From an uncultured virus (IMG/VR IMGVR_UViG_3300030109_002855) (lineage: Duplodnaviria > Heunggongvirae > Uroviricota > Caudoviricetes), in the IMG/VR virus record IMGVR_UViG_3300030109_002855, positions 1 to 64,000 of that record: DNA of 64,000 nucleotides; one strand, 5' to 3'. The notes under the pieces were generated by a model. It was not told the origin of the DNA and did no database searches. It worked only from the letters and a program-made list of their open reading frames with translations. Below are positions 1-10,242 of this stretch, piece after piece. Each line of letters begins with the position of its first letter. Position 1 is the first letter of the stretch. The position numbers and the translations under genes are program-made.

Positions 1-77
1 AATTTCTTTTTTTCTTTAGGTTCTAGTTTTTCTAACAAACCACTATCAGCCTTTTGAAGTGTATATTGCCAACTCAT
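1..77 (-). CDS. Partial ORF running off the window; N-terminus MSWQYTLQKADSG carries the W-x-x-x-L-(x)-K tag
   Basis: ATG at 77-75 overlaps the TGA of the upstream ORF (ATGA coupling); translated by hand. Confidence 0.7.
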   Translation of the reverse strand, partial: MSWQYTLQKADSGLLEKLEPKEKKK

Positions 78-1435
78 TCTAAATCCCCCATGACTTCTCT
101 TAATATAGCAAACTTTTCAGGTAAAGACTCAACTTCAACAGTATGTACATCATTTCGTAAGAACGACTTATCTAAAGAGATTTCCCTTAATTCTGCTAAA
201 TAATACATAAATGCATATAATTCAGTAGTTCTTTTTAATTCCATACGATAATCCTCATCTTTTATGTCTGCTACACCTATACTAACATCTTTAGGTAAAC
301 CTTCTTCATCAAACATAGGGTCAGGTTCAGCCAAGTAATAGGATTCTTTAGCCTCTTCATCATCTAGTAAATCACCAAGTCTTATTTCTATTGCATCAGC
401 ATAATCAATAATCTTAGACTCTTTCATTTCAGTAAATATTTTTACCTGTGATTTAGTGGCATCAGGATTCATTGCTTGTTTAATATCTGTTGCTACCTTT
501 CTATAATTTAAATCTATAAACCCTCTTAATCGTTTTGTGTCTCCAACTTTTATCTGTTCTAATTTAAATCCTTTCTTAGTAAATATTTCTTTCAACAATT
601 CTATTCCTGTTTTACCAGAATACTCATCATTTAATACTTCTAACAATCTAACAGGGTGTCTACCTTGTTCATATTTATCTAGAAATTTAAATATATTTTT
701 TTGGGAAAATAGTCTAGACTCACTTTGTAATGTATCCAATTCACCTCTATAATTTTCTATTCTAGAGTCTTTACCATATCTATTAAGTAAATTAGTTAAT
801 GTGGAGATAAAAGAGTAATCACTAGAAGAACCTCTTTCCTTTCTAGATAGTTGGTCTTCTAACTTATCGAGCGTAGATATAGCAGTTTCTAATTTGCTGA
901 ATATATTTTCATCGGCTACAAACGCATCATAGATAGCCTTTTCATCTGAACCTTCTTCTAAATTTTCTACAAAATTATCTAATTGTTGTTGATTTTCTTC
1001 TGAACGCATATCATCAGACATACCTGCTAATAAAAACATAGCAGCATTATCTTGTTTAATTTTTAGAATTTGTTTAAACACTTTACGATGTGCTGTAATG
1101 GCTACAAATATTTTACTCATATCTATCTTAGGTTCTCTTACAGGTTCTCCTGAATCTCGATTAAATCTTTGTGAACCTAATCTAGTATATCCACCTGAAG
1201 CAGTCATCAAATCATCAGATAAAGATTCTCGAAGTCTATCTTTCCAATTACCATCAGTGACTCTAACAACATTTTCCAAATTGTTAACGAAGTTATCAGG
1301 AACTTTACTAGACAATAAATCTTTTACTTTAGGAGAAAATGTTTTTTTAATTTGGTCTAATACAAAAGCAGTTTTAGCCGTAGGCTCTTTATGACCGCGA
1401 ATATCTGCTTTCAATAGTATAGACACACTTACCAC
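74..1435 (-). CDS. Hypothetical protein in the head-morphogenesis block
   Basis: 453 aa ORF, co-oriented with and coupled to its neighbours. Confidence 0.75.
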   Translation of the reverse strand: MVSVSILLKADIRGHKEPTAKTAFVLDQIKKTFSPKVKDLLSSKVPDNFVNNLENVVRVTDGNWKDRLRESLSDDLMTASGGYTRLGSQRFNRDSGEPVREPKIDMSKIFVAITAHRKVFKQILKIKQDNAAMFLLAGMSDDMRSEENQQQLDNFVENLEEGSDEKAIYDAFVADENIFSKLETAISTLDKLEDQLSRKERGSSSDYSFISTLTNLLNRYGKDSRIENYRGELDTLQSESRLFSQKNIFKFLDKYEQGRHPVRLLEVLNDEYSGKTGIELLKEIFTKKGFKLEQIKVGDTKRLRGFIDLNYRKVATDIKQAMNPDATKSQVKIFTEMKESKIIDYADAIEIRLGDLLDDEEAKESYYLAEPDPMFDEEGLPKDVSIGVADIKDEDYRMELKRTTELYAFMYYLAELREISLDKSFLRNDVHTVEVESLPEKFAILREVMGDLE

Positions 1436-1641
1436 TTATTTTCTGTATTTCTTTTTCTCTTTGGCATTAAAATTACGTCAGGAATATCATTGCTGTCAGG
1501 AATTTTCTTTTCTACTGTTCTAGACAAATCGATACCTACTGCATCTAAATCTCTATTCACTTCTACCTTACGTGCATTATACACTTTTGCTCTTGCTTCT
1601 GCTAGTTCTCTTTCTAATTGTCTTACACTTTTTTCAGTCAT
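1429..1641 (-). CDS. Small hypothetical protein downstream of portal
   Basis: 70 aa ORF with AGGTGA RBS upstream. Confidence 0.7.
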   Translation of the reverse strand: MTEKSVRQLERELAEARAKVYNARKVEVNRDLDAVGIDLSRTVEKKIPDSNDIPDVILMPKRKRNTENKW

Positions 1642-1684
1642 TTAATCACCTTTTTTTAAATATGCTAGAATAACAACTCCGGCA

Positions 1685-3331
1685 CTAACCTACCCTTCTT
1701 TCAGTTCTTTTATCAACATTTTGATTTCCGGCTGCTTCAGGTAAACCACTAAATCTTTTATCAGGCCCACTATCCATACTAGGTTTATTTCTAGTTGTAG
1801 CAGGATTTTCTTGTCTCTTACTTTGATTCATCATCTCTTCTTGCATTTGTCCTAATTGACTTGCATCAATATTTGTACCTGCATACGGGTCTAACTCAAC
1901 CTTTTCTTCTTGCTCTCCACCTGCACCTTCTTGTTCAGGTTTTGGTTCAGGTTTACTATAAGAGAACCTACCTTCATCATCCATATCTATTTCAAATCCT
2001 AAATTTTTAATTGATGCAGCAATATTAACTTCAAGTTCTCTTTTTCTTAGTTTAGCAACTTCATCCTCTTCTTCCGATGGTGGAAGTTTTAGAACCCAAT
2101 CGGTAATTCCAAACTCTTTTGTTACAAAAGGAAATACATAATTATTCCAAATTGTCTGAGCCATTTCTACTGCTCTATTAGTAACAAGGATTTGCATACC
2201 TTCATTATTTAATCCTCCACTAGAAGAATTATCAGCCATAAATATTTTACTTACTCCATAGAACCCTGATACTCTATCTCTCAAATCATCTTTGACTGAG
2301 ACATAATCCATTTCTTTTAGACTATCCATAAACTTAATCCATTCAATAGAACCTTTACCACCTTCTGATTCAATACCCATTACAGGTATAAAGTGTGGGT
2401 CTTGTTCCATCTTTTCTTTTACGCCTTTCCAAAAAGATTTCATAGATTCTATATTTCTAGTCTGTACTGCAAGTAATCCTCTAGGCATCCTTGCCTTAGT
2501 GTATGATGAATTAATATAATTATCCATAGCAATAAGTGTTGTAACACTATTCCATAAAGTAATTAGTGGTGATAGACCATATAACCTACTAGGTGTATAT
2601 TTACTAAAATGTAAGACTTCACCCTCTAAGAAATATTGTTCTTCACCATTTACTCTATTAACATAATGTATAGGATATAATTCAGATGTACCACAATGAG
2701 GACAAGACCCTACCGGAGTATCACTAATGAAATCTCTATGCCTTAAACAGGTAAATCCCTCATTACCTCTTTCACCTAACTCATCAGCATAAATATGCAT
2801 ACCAACTGGGTCGCCTCGATAGATTTCTTTTATACGGTGCATCATTACTTCTGAATCGTTATCTAAGAAATATTCCTTAACTAAGACTAAGTATGCGTCA
2901 TCCATTATGTTCAAATCATCTTCCAACTCCTTAAGCACATCAATAAACAATTGTTCTGATTTGTTGACATACCCCTCCATGAATGATAATGCGTATTTTA
3001 GTTGGTCACGATTAGGTTTAGACAAATTTGTAGAGCCGCAATCTACACATTCGATTGTTGGAGTTTTATGTTCTTTACCGCAGTCATCACACTTAGCGAC
3101 AAACTTTTCTTCCCAAACATACCCTCTTCTAAATATTTCATTTTTTAATTGAGTAACGCAAGTTCTAACTATTATAGATTGATTTGCTATATGATAGATA
3201 ATAGGTGCAGTTAACATATAGGAATTATCTTTCTCCTGAATACCCGGATTAAACACCTTACGGTCAGCAGGTCTTGGGGTTGTTCTTCTGAATAGATTCG
3301 TTATGCTGAATCTTCTTTTTTCTTCTACCAT
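1685..3331 (-). CDS. Portal protein with Zn-ribbon insertions
   Basis: Size, position near terL, portal-like segments (DAYLVLVK, EVLHF...YGLSPL, PRGLL); CxxC pairs CDDC/CVDC and CLRH/CPHC. Confidence 0.85.
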   Translation of the reverse strand: MVEEKRRFSITNLFRRTTPRPADRKVFNPGIQEKDNSYMLTAPIIYHIANQSIIVRTCVTQLKNEIFRRGYVWEEKFVAKCDDCGKEHKTPTIECVDCGSTNLSKPNRDQLKYALSFMEGYVNKSEQLFIDVLKELEDDLNIMDDAYLVLVKEYFLDNDSEVMMHRIKEIYRGDPVGMHIYADELGERGNEGFTCLRHRDFISDTPVGSCPHCGTSELYPIHYVNRVNGEEQYFLEGEVLHFSKYTPSRLYGLSPLITLWNSVTTLIAMDNYINSSYTKARMPRGLLAVQTRNIESMKSFWKGVKEKMEQDPHFIPVMGIESEGGKGSIEWIKFMDSLKEMDYVSVKDDLRDRVSGFYGVSKIFMADNSSSGGLNNEGMQILVTNRAVEMAQTIWNNYVFPFVTKEFGITDWVLKLPPSEEEDEVAKLRKRELEVNIAASIKNLGFEIDMDDEGRFSYSKPEPKPEQEGAGGEQEEKVELDPYAGTNIDASQLGQMQEEMMNQSKRQENPATTRNKPSMDSGPDKRFSGLPEAAGNQNVDKRTERRVG

Positions 3332-3387
3332 ATCTTATCCCCCTAATTATTAATTATCCGATTTCCCAAACGCATATTAAAGTTCCT

Positions 3388-4755
3388 TTATGTGCTATTT
3401 ACTCCTATCAGATTTGAGGCATCATCTCTCTCTAACTTATCCATCCAACTCATTTTAGAATTTTCTTCTAGTTTACTTATAGAATCCAAATCAATATCAA
3501 AAGCAGAAAAGTCAAAGTTTGCATTATCCCTATGATTATGATATTTCATTAATTTAAATAATTCTCCCATTCTACCTTTAGCCCAAGGTTGTTTCTTAAA
3601 TCCTTTTTTGATTCTAACTAACTCTAGTAATATATCTGCATTCGGGCCTTTCATTCTAAAGTGTGGCCTACATTTAGTCAATAATTCATGCACATCTTTT
3701 TGGGAATAGAAGTTTAATCTGTTTACAGGTCTAGTATCTTGTGGAGATTTTTGGTCTAAATGTAATCTACCCATACCTAAACACTTGTGTAACTCTAACA
3801 TGAAAGCCTTACCTCTATCTCCCGTAGCAACTAAACCAACTCTAGGATTGTTATTTCTATCCATAGTAATATATCCATCAGAATCTATGAATGCCGCAGT
3901 ATAGGCCCAAACATTCTTTTTGATATCATCATTTATCTTATAGTATGCTCCATCCACATTAGTAATATTTTGGCTAATTGCTAATTTAGAGATAATTTGA
4001 GGAGAAGACATTTTCTTAAGATTATCAGGCAATGCTTCATGTATTTCTCTAGAAGATATTCCCGGTGAATTACAAACAGATTTCAAAATGTTTTCTTTAA
4101 TTCTTTTCTTAATTCCTTTTGTAGAACTTTGAGATTTTATAATTCTCTTAAAATCTTTTTTTGCTGATGTCATTTCTTTACTAATAGAAATATATTGTTT
4201 ATTTAAAGGCATGTCCTTTATTTCTAATTTATGTTCCCAATACTTACAAAGAGAATCTATAACCTGTCTTTTGGTATCTATATCTTGAATTTTACTAAGT
4301 TTAATTATTTGTGATTCTGAGCAAGTCATATCTTTAATTACAGACTTATATGGACTAGCCCAATAAATTTTATCAATACTTTTATCTAAATGGTCTGCGT
4401 AGGCATCTATTAAATTATCAATAGATTTACTCATATCCAATCTTTTTTCACCTTTAAGAGTTCTTCTAAACATTCTCATATCTTTCACCAAATCAGGAAT
4501 GTTCTTACTCTCTATTGTATATTCCTTAAGTGATAAATCTAATATTCTATCTGCCTTTGTATATGACATGTTGAAATCTTCTGCAAATTCTTTTACTAAA
4601 TCACTATGACTAGATAATGGTCTACCATCAAGCCATAACATCTTGGCTTCTAGTTCCATCTCCTGCTCTAGTTGACGTTGTTCGGCAGTAAGTTCTTCAA
4701 CTTCCTTTACTTTGTCTGTTAATGCTTGTAGTTGTTCAGAATTAGGAGTCGCCAT
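3388..4755 (-). CDS. Protein with C-terminal LAGLIDADG endonuclease-like domain and central wHTH-like segment
   Basis: WAYTAAFIDSDGYITM matches the LAGLIDADG helix, followed by typical beta segments; SPGISSREIHEAL is wHTH-like. Confidence 0.75.
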   Translation of the reverse strand: MATPNSEQLQALTDKVKEVEELTAEQRQLEQEMELEAKMLWLDGRPLSSHSDLVKEFAEDFNMSYTKADRILDLSLKEYTIESKNIPDLVKDMRMFRRTLKGEKRLDMSKSIDNLIDAYADHLDKSIDKIYWASPYKSVIKDMTCSESQIIKLSKIQDIDTKRQVIDSLCKYWEHKLEIKDMPLNKQYISISKEMTSAKKDFKRIIKSQSSTKGIKKRIKENILKSVCNSPGISSREIHEALPDNLKKMSSPQIISKLAISQNITNVDGAYYKINDDIKKNVWAYTAAFIDSDGYITMDRNNNPRVGLVATGDRGKAFMLELHKCLGMGRLHLDQKSPQDTRPVNRLNFYSQKDVHELLTKCRPHFRMKGPNADILLELVRIKKGFKKQPWAKGRMGELFKLMKYHNHRDNANFDFSAFDIDLDSISKLEENSKMSWMDKLERDDASNLIGVNST

Positions 4756-4770
4756 AATATTTACCTCTTT

Positions 4771-6207
4771 TTAAAAATTTAATCCCATCAATCCTGTGTT
4801 CATATTTATAGATGGCTTTTGTGGCGCATCAAACACTCCGAGGTCATCTAGTAGTATAAAGGAGTCAGTAGGAGACTGAGTAGCAGCATTAGCCAATGCT
4901 AACCCCATAACTAAGTCATCATGCGCCCCTACACCCTCAAATCTGCCGGATTCTGTTATAGAAAACATAGATAATTCTTCAATTAATGCAGTAGTCATAC
5001 TCCTACTGTTATTATCACCATAAGGAAAGTTAATTTTACCATTTTCTATGTTCATTTGCAGATTTAATATGATTTCTTGCTTCTTTTTTCTTGTTGTGTT
5101 GAAATCTTTGATGTTCATATCAGTTAAACTGCGTAATTCTTGTGTAAATGCCTTAGCAAATGTATTTGTTTCATATAATATCTGCTCAGGCTCAAAAACT
5201 TGACCTATTATTCTTATTTTTTCAATATTTTCTCTAAATTCAACATTTTTTGCTCTATCAACATGAACAATTGTTTTATTTTTCTCTTCATCTACTTCTA
5301 AAACAACAATTACATTATAATCACCATCAGTAGAGATAGCAGGGTCAACTCCAACGTAATATTTGTATCCTTTATCTTTACGATGACCTAATTTTAACAC
5401 ATATTCTTTATTTTTACATTTATTTACATAATCAGGGTCAAAAAGTGCAGTTCCGGTTGAAACTGGTATACATAAATACTCTCTAGTAAATTTTAATGAC
5501 CCTATTTCCGATTTTCTTTGCATTAATGCATCATAGTCCCATCTTTCAGGCCAAAGAGGTTTATTCATTGAATTTAAGCATGGATATTTTCTAACAGTAT
5601 AAGCATCATTCTCTTCTAACTGTGAAAATATATCAGTATATGTAAAAGGAGTACCAATCATTCTCAAACTTGCAGTATGATGTAATGTCGGTATCATGTC
5701 CCCAAAGAACCAATCTGTAACTCTTTGAATACCTGATAAACTAAACTCTTTCAAAGGGTCATCAATAATTATTTCTTGAGGGTGAAGTCCTCTAATTTGA
5801 GAACCAACAGAACGCTCTAAAATTGCATTACCATTAGTCAGTTGAATATTACCAATAGCCCAACCTCTAGAAGGTCTGAATTTTTTTAATTGTGGTATGT
5901 TAAAATATTTATCTATTTCACGCATATGTACTAAAGTCTGTTTTTGGTTAGAAGATATGTATAACATCTGAAAAGGTGGCTCTTGAAACACAAGATTCCA
6001 TACCACCCAACTGTGCATAAAGACAGATTTCCCGTGGTCACGACTACAAACAATTACTGTTCTATCTGTATTTTGCATCAATTCTAACCATTCTTGCATA
6101 TATTCAGGATACATCATTCCTAATACATTCTTAAAAAAATACGGAAAAGAGTTCTTGGATAATTCCATATCCATAGAAGTCATAAAATCCGTACTATCTA
6201 ATTTCAT
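4771..6207 (-). CDS. terL: Terminase large subunit
   Basis: Walker A variant SRDHGKS, Walker B IIIDDP, motif III IGTP, RNase H motifs VGVDPA and HDDLVM; start placed at MKLDST (6207) by the GGTGA RBS. Confidence 0.93.
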   Translation of the reverse strand: MKLDSTDFMTSMDMELSKNSFPYFFKNVLGMMYPEYMQEWLELMQNTDRTVIVCSRDHGKSVFMHSWVVWNLVFQEPPFQMLYISSNQKQTLVHMREIDKYFNIPQLKKFRPSRGWAIGNIQLTNGNAILERSVGSQIRGLHPQEIIIDDPLKEFSLSGIQRVTDWFFGDMIPTLHHTASLRMIGTPFTYTDIFSQLEENDAYTVRKYPCLNSMNKPLWPERWDYDALMQRKSEIGSLKFTREYLCIPVSTGTALFDPDYVNKCKNKEYVLKLGHRKDKGYKYYVGVDPAISTDGDYNVIVVLEVDEEKNKTIVHVDRAKNVEFRENIEKIRIIGQVFEPEQILYETNTFAKAFTQELRSLTDMNIKDFNTTRKKKQEIILNLQMNIENGKINFPYGDNNSRSMTTALIEELSMFSITESGRFEGVGAHDDLVMGLALANAATQSPTDSFILLDDLGVFDAPQKPSINMNTGLMGLNF

Positions 6208-6211
6208 TATA

Positions 6212-6475
6212 TCACCAATCTCTACAAGCCATACATCTAGCAGAGTAATCACTTCTTTTACATGTAGAACAATTATGCCTTGCCCTAAACGATTTCCTTC
6301 TCTTACCTTTTCTTTTACCTGAAACAGTTACTCCTCTTTGACCCCAATGTACTCTCTTATATCCACCCTTACCATTAGGAACACATTTCATCCATTTCTT
6401 ACCCTTACGAGTAGATGATGTTTTTTTTGTAGCCCTAGTACATTGCCCTTCTTTAATTACTTCAAACCAAGTCAT
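6212..6475 (-). CDS. Small basic Cys-rich viral protein
   Basis: KRVHWGQRG...RRKSFRARHNC resembles a motif common in marine myovirus proteins; N-terminal MTWFEVIK tag. Confidence 0.75.
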   Translation of the reverse strand: MTWFEVIKEGQCTRATKKTSSTRKGKKWMKCVPNGKGGYKRVHWGQRGVTVSGKRKGKRRKSFRARHNCSTCKRSDYSARCMACRDW

Positions 6476-6909
6476 GTTGTACCCTTCCTTCTTTTATATG
6501 TTTTACATGCTGCACATGTTGGTCTACATCTTCTTTTAGTACCTTTAGATGCATCCTTTCTACCACAAGGTTTTGGCCCACCTTTTTGACCACAACTAGA
6601 ACAATCTATCCAACCTCTTTGAGTTTTACCACCTTTTTCTTTTCCACCTCTTCTAGAAAACCAACCGTGTAATCCTTCATCTTTTTCTCTCTTGAAATTG
6701 TCTCCACCTTTCTTTACAGAATTACCCCAGTTCTTTGCTCCCACTTTTCTACACTGAACTAAAGCACCACTTGCATAGGCAGAAGGCCATTTCTTGTAAC
6801 GCCTCCTAACTTTATAATAACAAGCATCTTGTTTTTTACCCGACCTTTGAGTTTTACGTCTGCGGGGTTTTTTCTTCTTAGCCTTTAAAACATCAAACCA
6901 TACATCCAT
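6472..6909 (-). CDS. Basic Cys-rich viral protein (DUF5872-like)
   Basis: DACYYKV...WPSAYASGALVQCRK and GLHGWF motifs; N-terminal WFDVLK tag. Confidence 0.75.
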   Translation of the reverse strand: MDVWFDVLKAKKKKPRRRKTQRSGKKQDACYYKVRRRYKKWPSAYASGALVQCRKVGAKNWGNSVKKGGDNFKREKDEGLHGWFSRRGGKEKGGKTQRGWIDCSSCGQKGGPKPCGRKDASKGTKRRCRPTCAACKTYKRRKGTT

Positions 6910-7469
6910 TATATCACCTCAGTTTTTATTGCAGCCCACCAACTAGAATTATGAACATAATATTTTTCTAATGTACCTACATTACCATTTGCTGCACCAA
7001 TAGAAATCTCATTAATTAGTTCATCAGGTAATTCTGATTCATCCAATTGCCTAAATCCTTCTGATAGATAATGTTTCATAGCAACTTTACTTGAAAAATT
7101 TACTATAAGTTTTTTATTACCCTTTACTCTAATCATTTCACGGAATAATAATTTCATTAATCCTCTACCTCTAGAAGTATCTCTAACATGGATTCCTGAA
7201 CCTAATAAAAACTCTTTATATGGGGCATAACCAATCACACCTACTGGCTTATCTGTATCTTTTTCATATGCAACATGATGTACTGAGGGTTGTGTTGCAA
7301 ACTTACCATCGGAAGGTATATTTCTAAACCTATTAACGCGAGATTTAAATCCAGTATAGCCATCTTTTGTGAAAACTTTGACTGCTTCATCTTCTGACAT
7401 TGTTTTAAAATAAATATCATCAGCAGTATAATTAGTGGAGGGAAGTTCGGGATATTTTTCTTCTTCCAT
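6909..7469 (-). CDS. GNAT-family acetyltransferase
   Basis: Acetyl-CoA motif A IHVRDTSRGRGLMKLL and motif B AMKHYLSEGFR. Confidence 0.8.
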   Translation of the reverse strand: MEEEKYPELPSTNYTADDIYFKTMSEDEAVKVFTKDGYTGFKSRVNRFRNIPSDGKFATQPSVHHVAYEKDTDKPVGVIGYAPYKEFLLGSGIHVRDTSRGRGLMKLLFREMIRVKGNKKLIVNFSSKVAMKHYLSEGFRQLDESELPDELINEISIGAANGNVGTLEKYYVHNSSWWAAIKTEVI

Positions 7470-7473
7470 TTAA

Positions 7474-10242
7474 TCACCTAAAGTTACCTTTCAAATAATA
7501 TACTGCCTCTTCAGATATACCATGCTTCTTAGCAATGTTCGACATTGAATCTAATTCAGTAACAATGGATTCTATATCATTAGCAGTCAATTCTATCTTG
7601 TGCATATCATGTACATTATTGATGGCACTATTAACATGATAGAAATTATCTAGTTTAGATATACCATAATACACAGGCTTATTCAGCATTTTTCTAATAG
7701 AGTCATGTGATTCTAATAAATTAACTTCAATATTACTTTTGATAAGTAATCCCTTAGTTGTTAAATTATCATAACTTTGTAAAAATGAAGACACTAAGTT
7801 TTTACTTGCAGATGTACCTTCTTCAGTTTTACCATATCCTGATGAAGCCAATCCTGAATCTTTTGCTCTAGGATTCAACAAAGCATCTCCCTGATAATCA
7901 CCTCTTCTTTTTCTAATATGTTTAACTAATACCGCCAAAGGATATAATTTATCGTTGTTATATTCTTTTGCTAATTCCTCAACAGGAGTACCATTAAACT
8001 CTACATCTATATTCAAATTATTTTTTTCCTTTATTTCTTGAAGTGCTGCACCAAACTCAATATCTATGTCTTTGGTATGTTGTGTTTCAAAAATTAAATC
8101 TAATTGTTTAGCGGCAAGTTCCATTTTAGATTTTATTCCTGATAATCTTGAGCCGGGTGCAACATTTCCAATCTCTTCTAATAATTCAGTTAATCTTGTC
8201 AATGCCTTAACTGATAATGTTGCAGTACCCATTTCAGCATAACGCGCTAATAATGTTGTGAATGCAGTAGGTTCTTTTCCTTCCTGAGACATGAAAAAGT
8301 CCATCACCTTATTAGTTACATATTCAGGCTCATCATCGAAAGGCATATTTTCACTAAGTAATGGTCTAATTACATAATCTATTAATCCATCAACATAGTC
8401 ATCATACTCATTTTCAATTTCAGTCAAAACTTCCTTTAACTTAGTCCCTTTCCTTCCAGTAAATAAAGAAGAATATGTTTGTTCCTTTGCTCTTGATGTA
8501 TCATCTTTACCAGTTCTACCTGCACTTGTTCTTGCGCCAGTAGGCATAGCAGCCTTTTCTGATGCAGTTCCTAAGTTTAGAATATCATACATTATATCAA
8601 AATGTTCTAATAATTTTTTATTTAGACCTTCTTTATTTTCTAAATTAAACTCATCAACTAATTTGTTTGTTAATGGGAGATAATAGAAGTCCTTTACTTT
8701 ATCTTCCGTAGCAAACTCTTCTAAATCATCTATGTAATTTTCCAATTTATTAAAATCAGAATCATTTAGTTCTACATCTATTTTAGTAGCATACTTTTTT
8801 GCTCTACGCTTTAATGATTGAATATCTTTCTTGAACGCAGCGACTCTTCCAAAAGCACCTTGTTCCCAAACATATTGAAATAGTGGGTCAACTTCCTTTA
8901 GAGTTTTGAAAGATTCTATATCTTGGAATAATGCGGTTTCAGTTTTATTACCAAACGCTTCTCTAGTTGCTAAATCTGTTTGAGTTTTTGTAGATTGTTC
9001 TGCAAACTCAGGTTCTATCCTAACATCCATTGAATCATAATCACTCGCAGCAGAAGTAGCAGTATCTAATTCAATACTTTGAAACGCCTCTTGGTCTTTC
9101 AAATACCCTTCTAAAAAGTCCCCTAACAATAATATCGCCTGAATACTTCTATCATCTTTTTCAATACGCTGCTTAGGTACTTTAACAATATAATTATCTT
9201 CATTAGTTAAACGATTATCCTTGAGTTGTGCGATTCGTTGAAGAATGCTAGGCATATTCTCCTCAGACACTCTTTCACTAGAAAGATATTTTTCATATGC
9301 TTCTATAAACTCATCTTGAGAAGAAATATATTTTTCAAAATCAGAATGTTTCTTTTCCCAATAATCATATATCTTATCTCTTCTATCTAATGACTTTAAA
9401 GATAGAGAACCAACTAATAAATCAACACTTACTTTCCTAATATCCTCTTGCCCTGAAACATTAATAGATTTCAATTTCCTAAGAATTGTTGATAATCGTG
9501 TTTTCAAATGTGAATAATTATTAGTCAAATCTTCTAGTTGTGAAATATGAGCGTTTAACTTTACAGGGTCGCTCAAATAATTATCTCTTCCTTCATCAGA
9601 TAAAGATATTTTATTAATTGGAGTTTTAATTCCTTTGATTGCAGTTTTAACTGTGACACTTTTACCATCAAAGAGTAGGTTTCTTAAAATAGGTCTTAGG
9701 GTATCTTTAATGATTGTATCTGTCGAGGCAATATCCCCAAAGGCAACCTTAAGTCCTTCTGATGAGGTTCTAGCATAATCATAGAATAAATCTAACACTT
9801 TTCTTTTGGTTGATTCAGGAAATTTTGCAAACCCTTTGTATTTACTTATCTCATCTCTTACTGCATTTTTATACGATGTTGGTGTAAACTCTCCTGTTTC
9901 TTTATCTGCTGTACTTCCAAAAAATTTAGGATTAATTTTAATATCTTGTGTTCTGCCTATTTTACCCGCCATACCAGTTTCAGGATTATCTTGTTTTTCT
10001 GCTAATAAAATTGCGTATGCTACATCATTAGGAGGTGTAGTTTCTCTTACATGTTGTATAAATTCCCTTCTTATAGGTTTAATATCAACATCTTCTTGTT
10101 CAGAACCACCTGTAACATAAGGCATTAATATTGAGTTTAATGAAATAGTTTTACCTCTTATTATCGCATCCATAACTTTATCAAAGAAATCTATATCTTC
10201 TAACCAAGTATCAAACTGCTCACTCATCCGATTCCACCTCAC
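7474..10242 (-). CDS. Large hypothetical protein, possibly an internal virion protein
   Basis: 922 aa charged helical ORF in the structural block; HTH-like C-terminus. Confidence 0.7.
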   Translation of the reverse strand: MRWNRMSEQFDTWLEDIDFFDKVMDAIIRGKTISLNSILMPYVTGGSEQEDVDIKPIRREFIQHVRETTPPNDVAYAILLAEKQDNPETGMAGKIGRTQDIKINPKFFGSTADKETGEFTPTSYKNAVRDEISKYKGFAKFPESTKRKVLDLFYDYARTSSEGLKVAFGDIASTDTIIKDTLRPILRNLLFDGKSVTVKTAIKGIKTPINKISLSDEGRDNYLSDPVKLNAHISQLEDLTNNYSHLKTRLSTILRKLKSINVSGQEDIRKVSVDLLVGSLSLKSLDRRDKIYDYWEKKHSDFEKYISSQDEFIEAYEKYLSSERVSEENMPSILQRIAQLKDNRLTNEDNYIVKVPKQRIEKDDRSIQAILLLGDFLEGYLKDQEAFQSIELDTATSAASDYDSMDVRIEPEFAEQSTKTQTDLATREAFGNKTETALFQDIESFKTLKEVDPLFQYVWEQGAFGRVAAFKKDIQSLKRRAKKYATKIDVELNDSDFNKLENYIDDLEEFATEDKVKDFYYLPLTNKLVDEFNLENKEGLNKKLLEHFDIMYDILNLGTASEKAAMPTGARTSAGRTGKDDTSRAKEQTYSSLFTGRKGTKLKEVLTEIENEYDDYVDGLIDYVIRPLLSENMPFDDEPEYVTNKVMDFFMSQEGKEPTAFTTLLARYAEMGTATLSVKALTRLTELLEEIGNVAPGSRLSGIKSKMELAAKQLDLIFETQHTKDIDIEFGAALQEIKEKNNLNIDVEFNGTPVEELAKEYNNDKLYPLAVLVKHIRKRRGDYQGDALLNPRAKDSGLASSGYGKTEEGTSASKNLVSSFLQSYDNLTTKGLLIKSNIEVNLLESHDSIRKMLNKPVYYGISKLDNFYHVNSAINNVHDMHKIELTANDIESIVTELDSMSNIAKKHGISEEAVYYLKGNFR

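Noticed and set aside
74..1435. Major capsid protein call for the ORF downstream of portal
   Set aside because: No HK97-fold features recognisable; the capsid and protease genes probably lie outside the window
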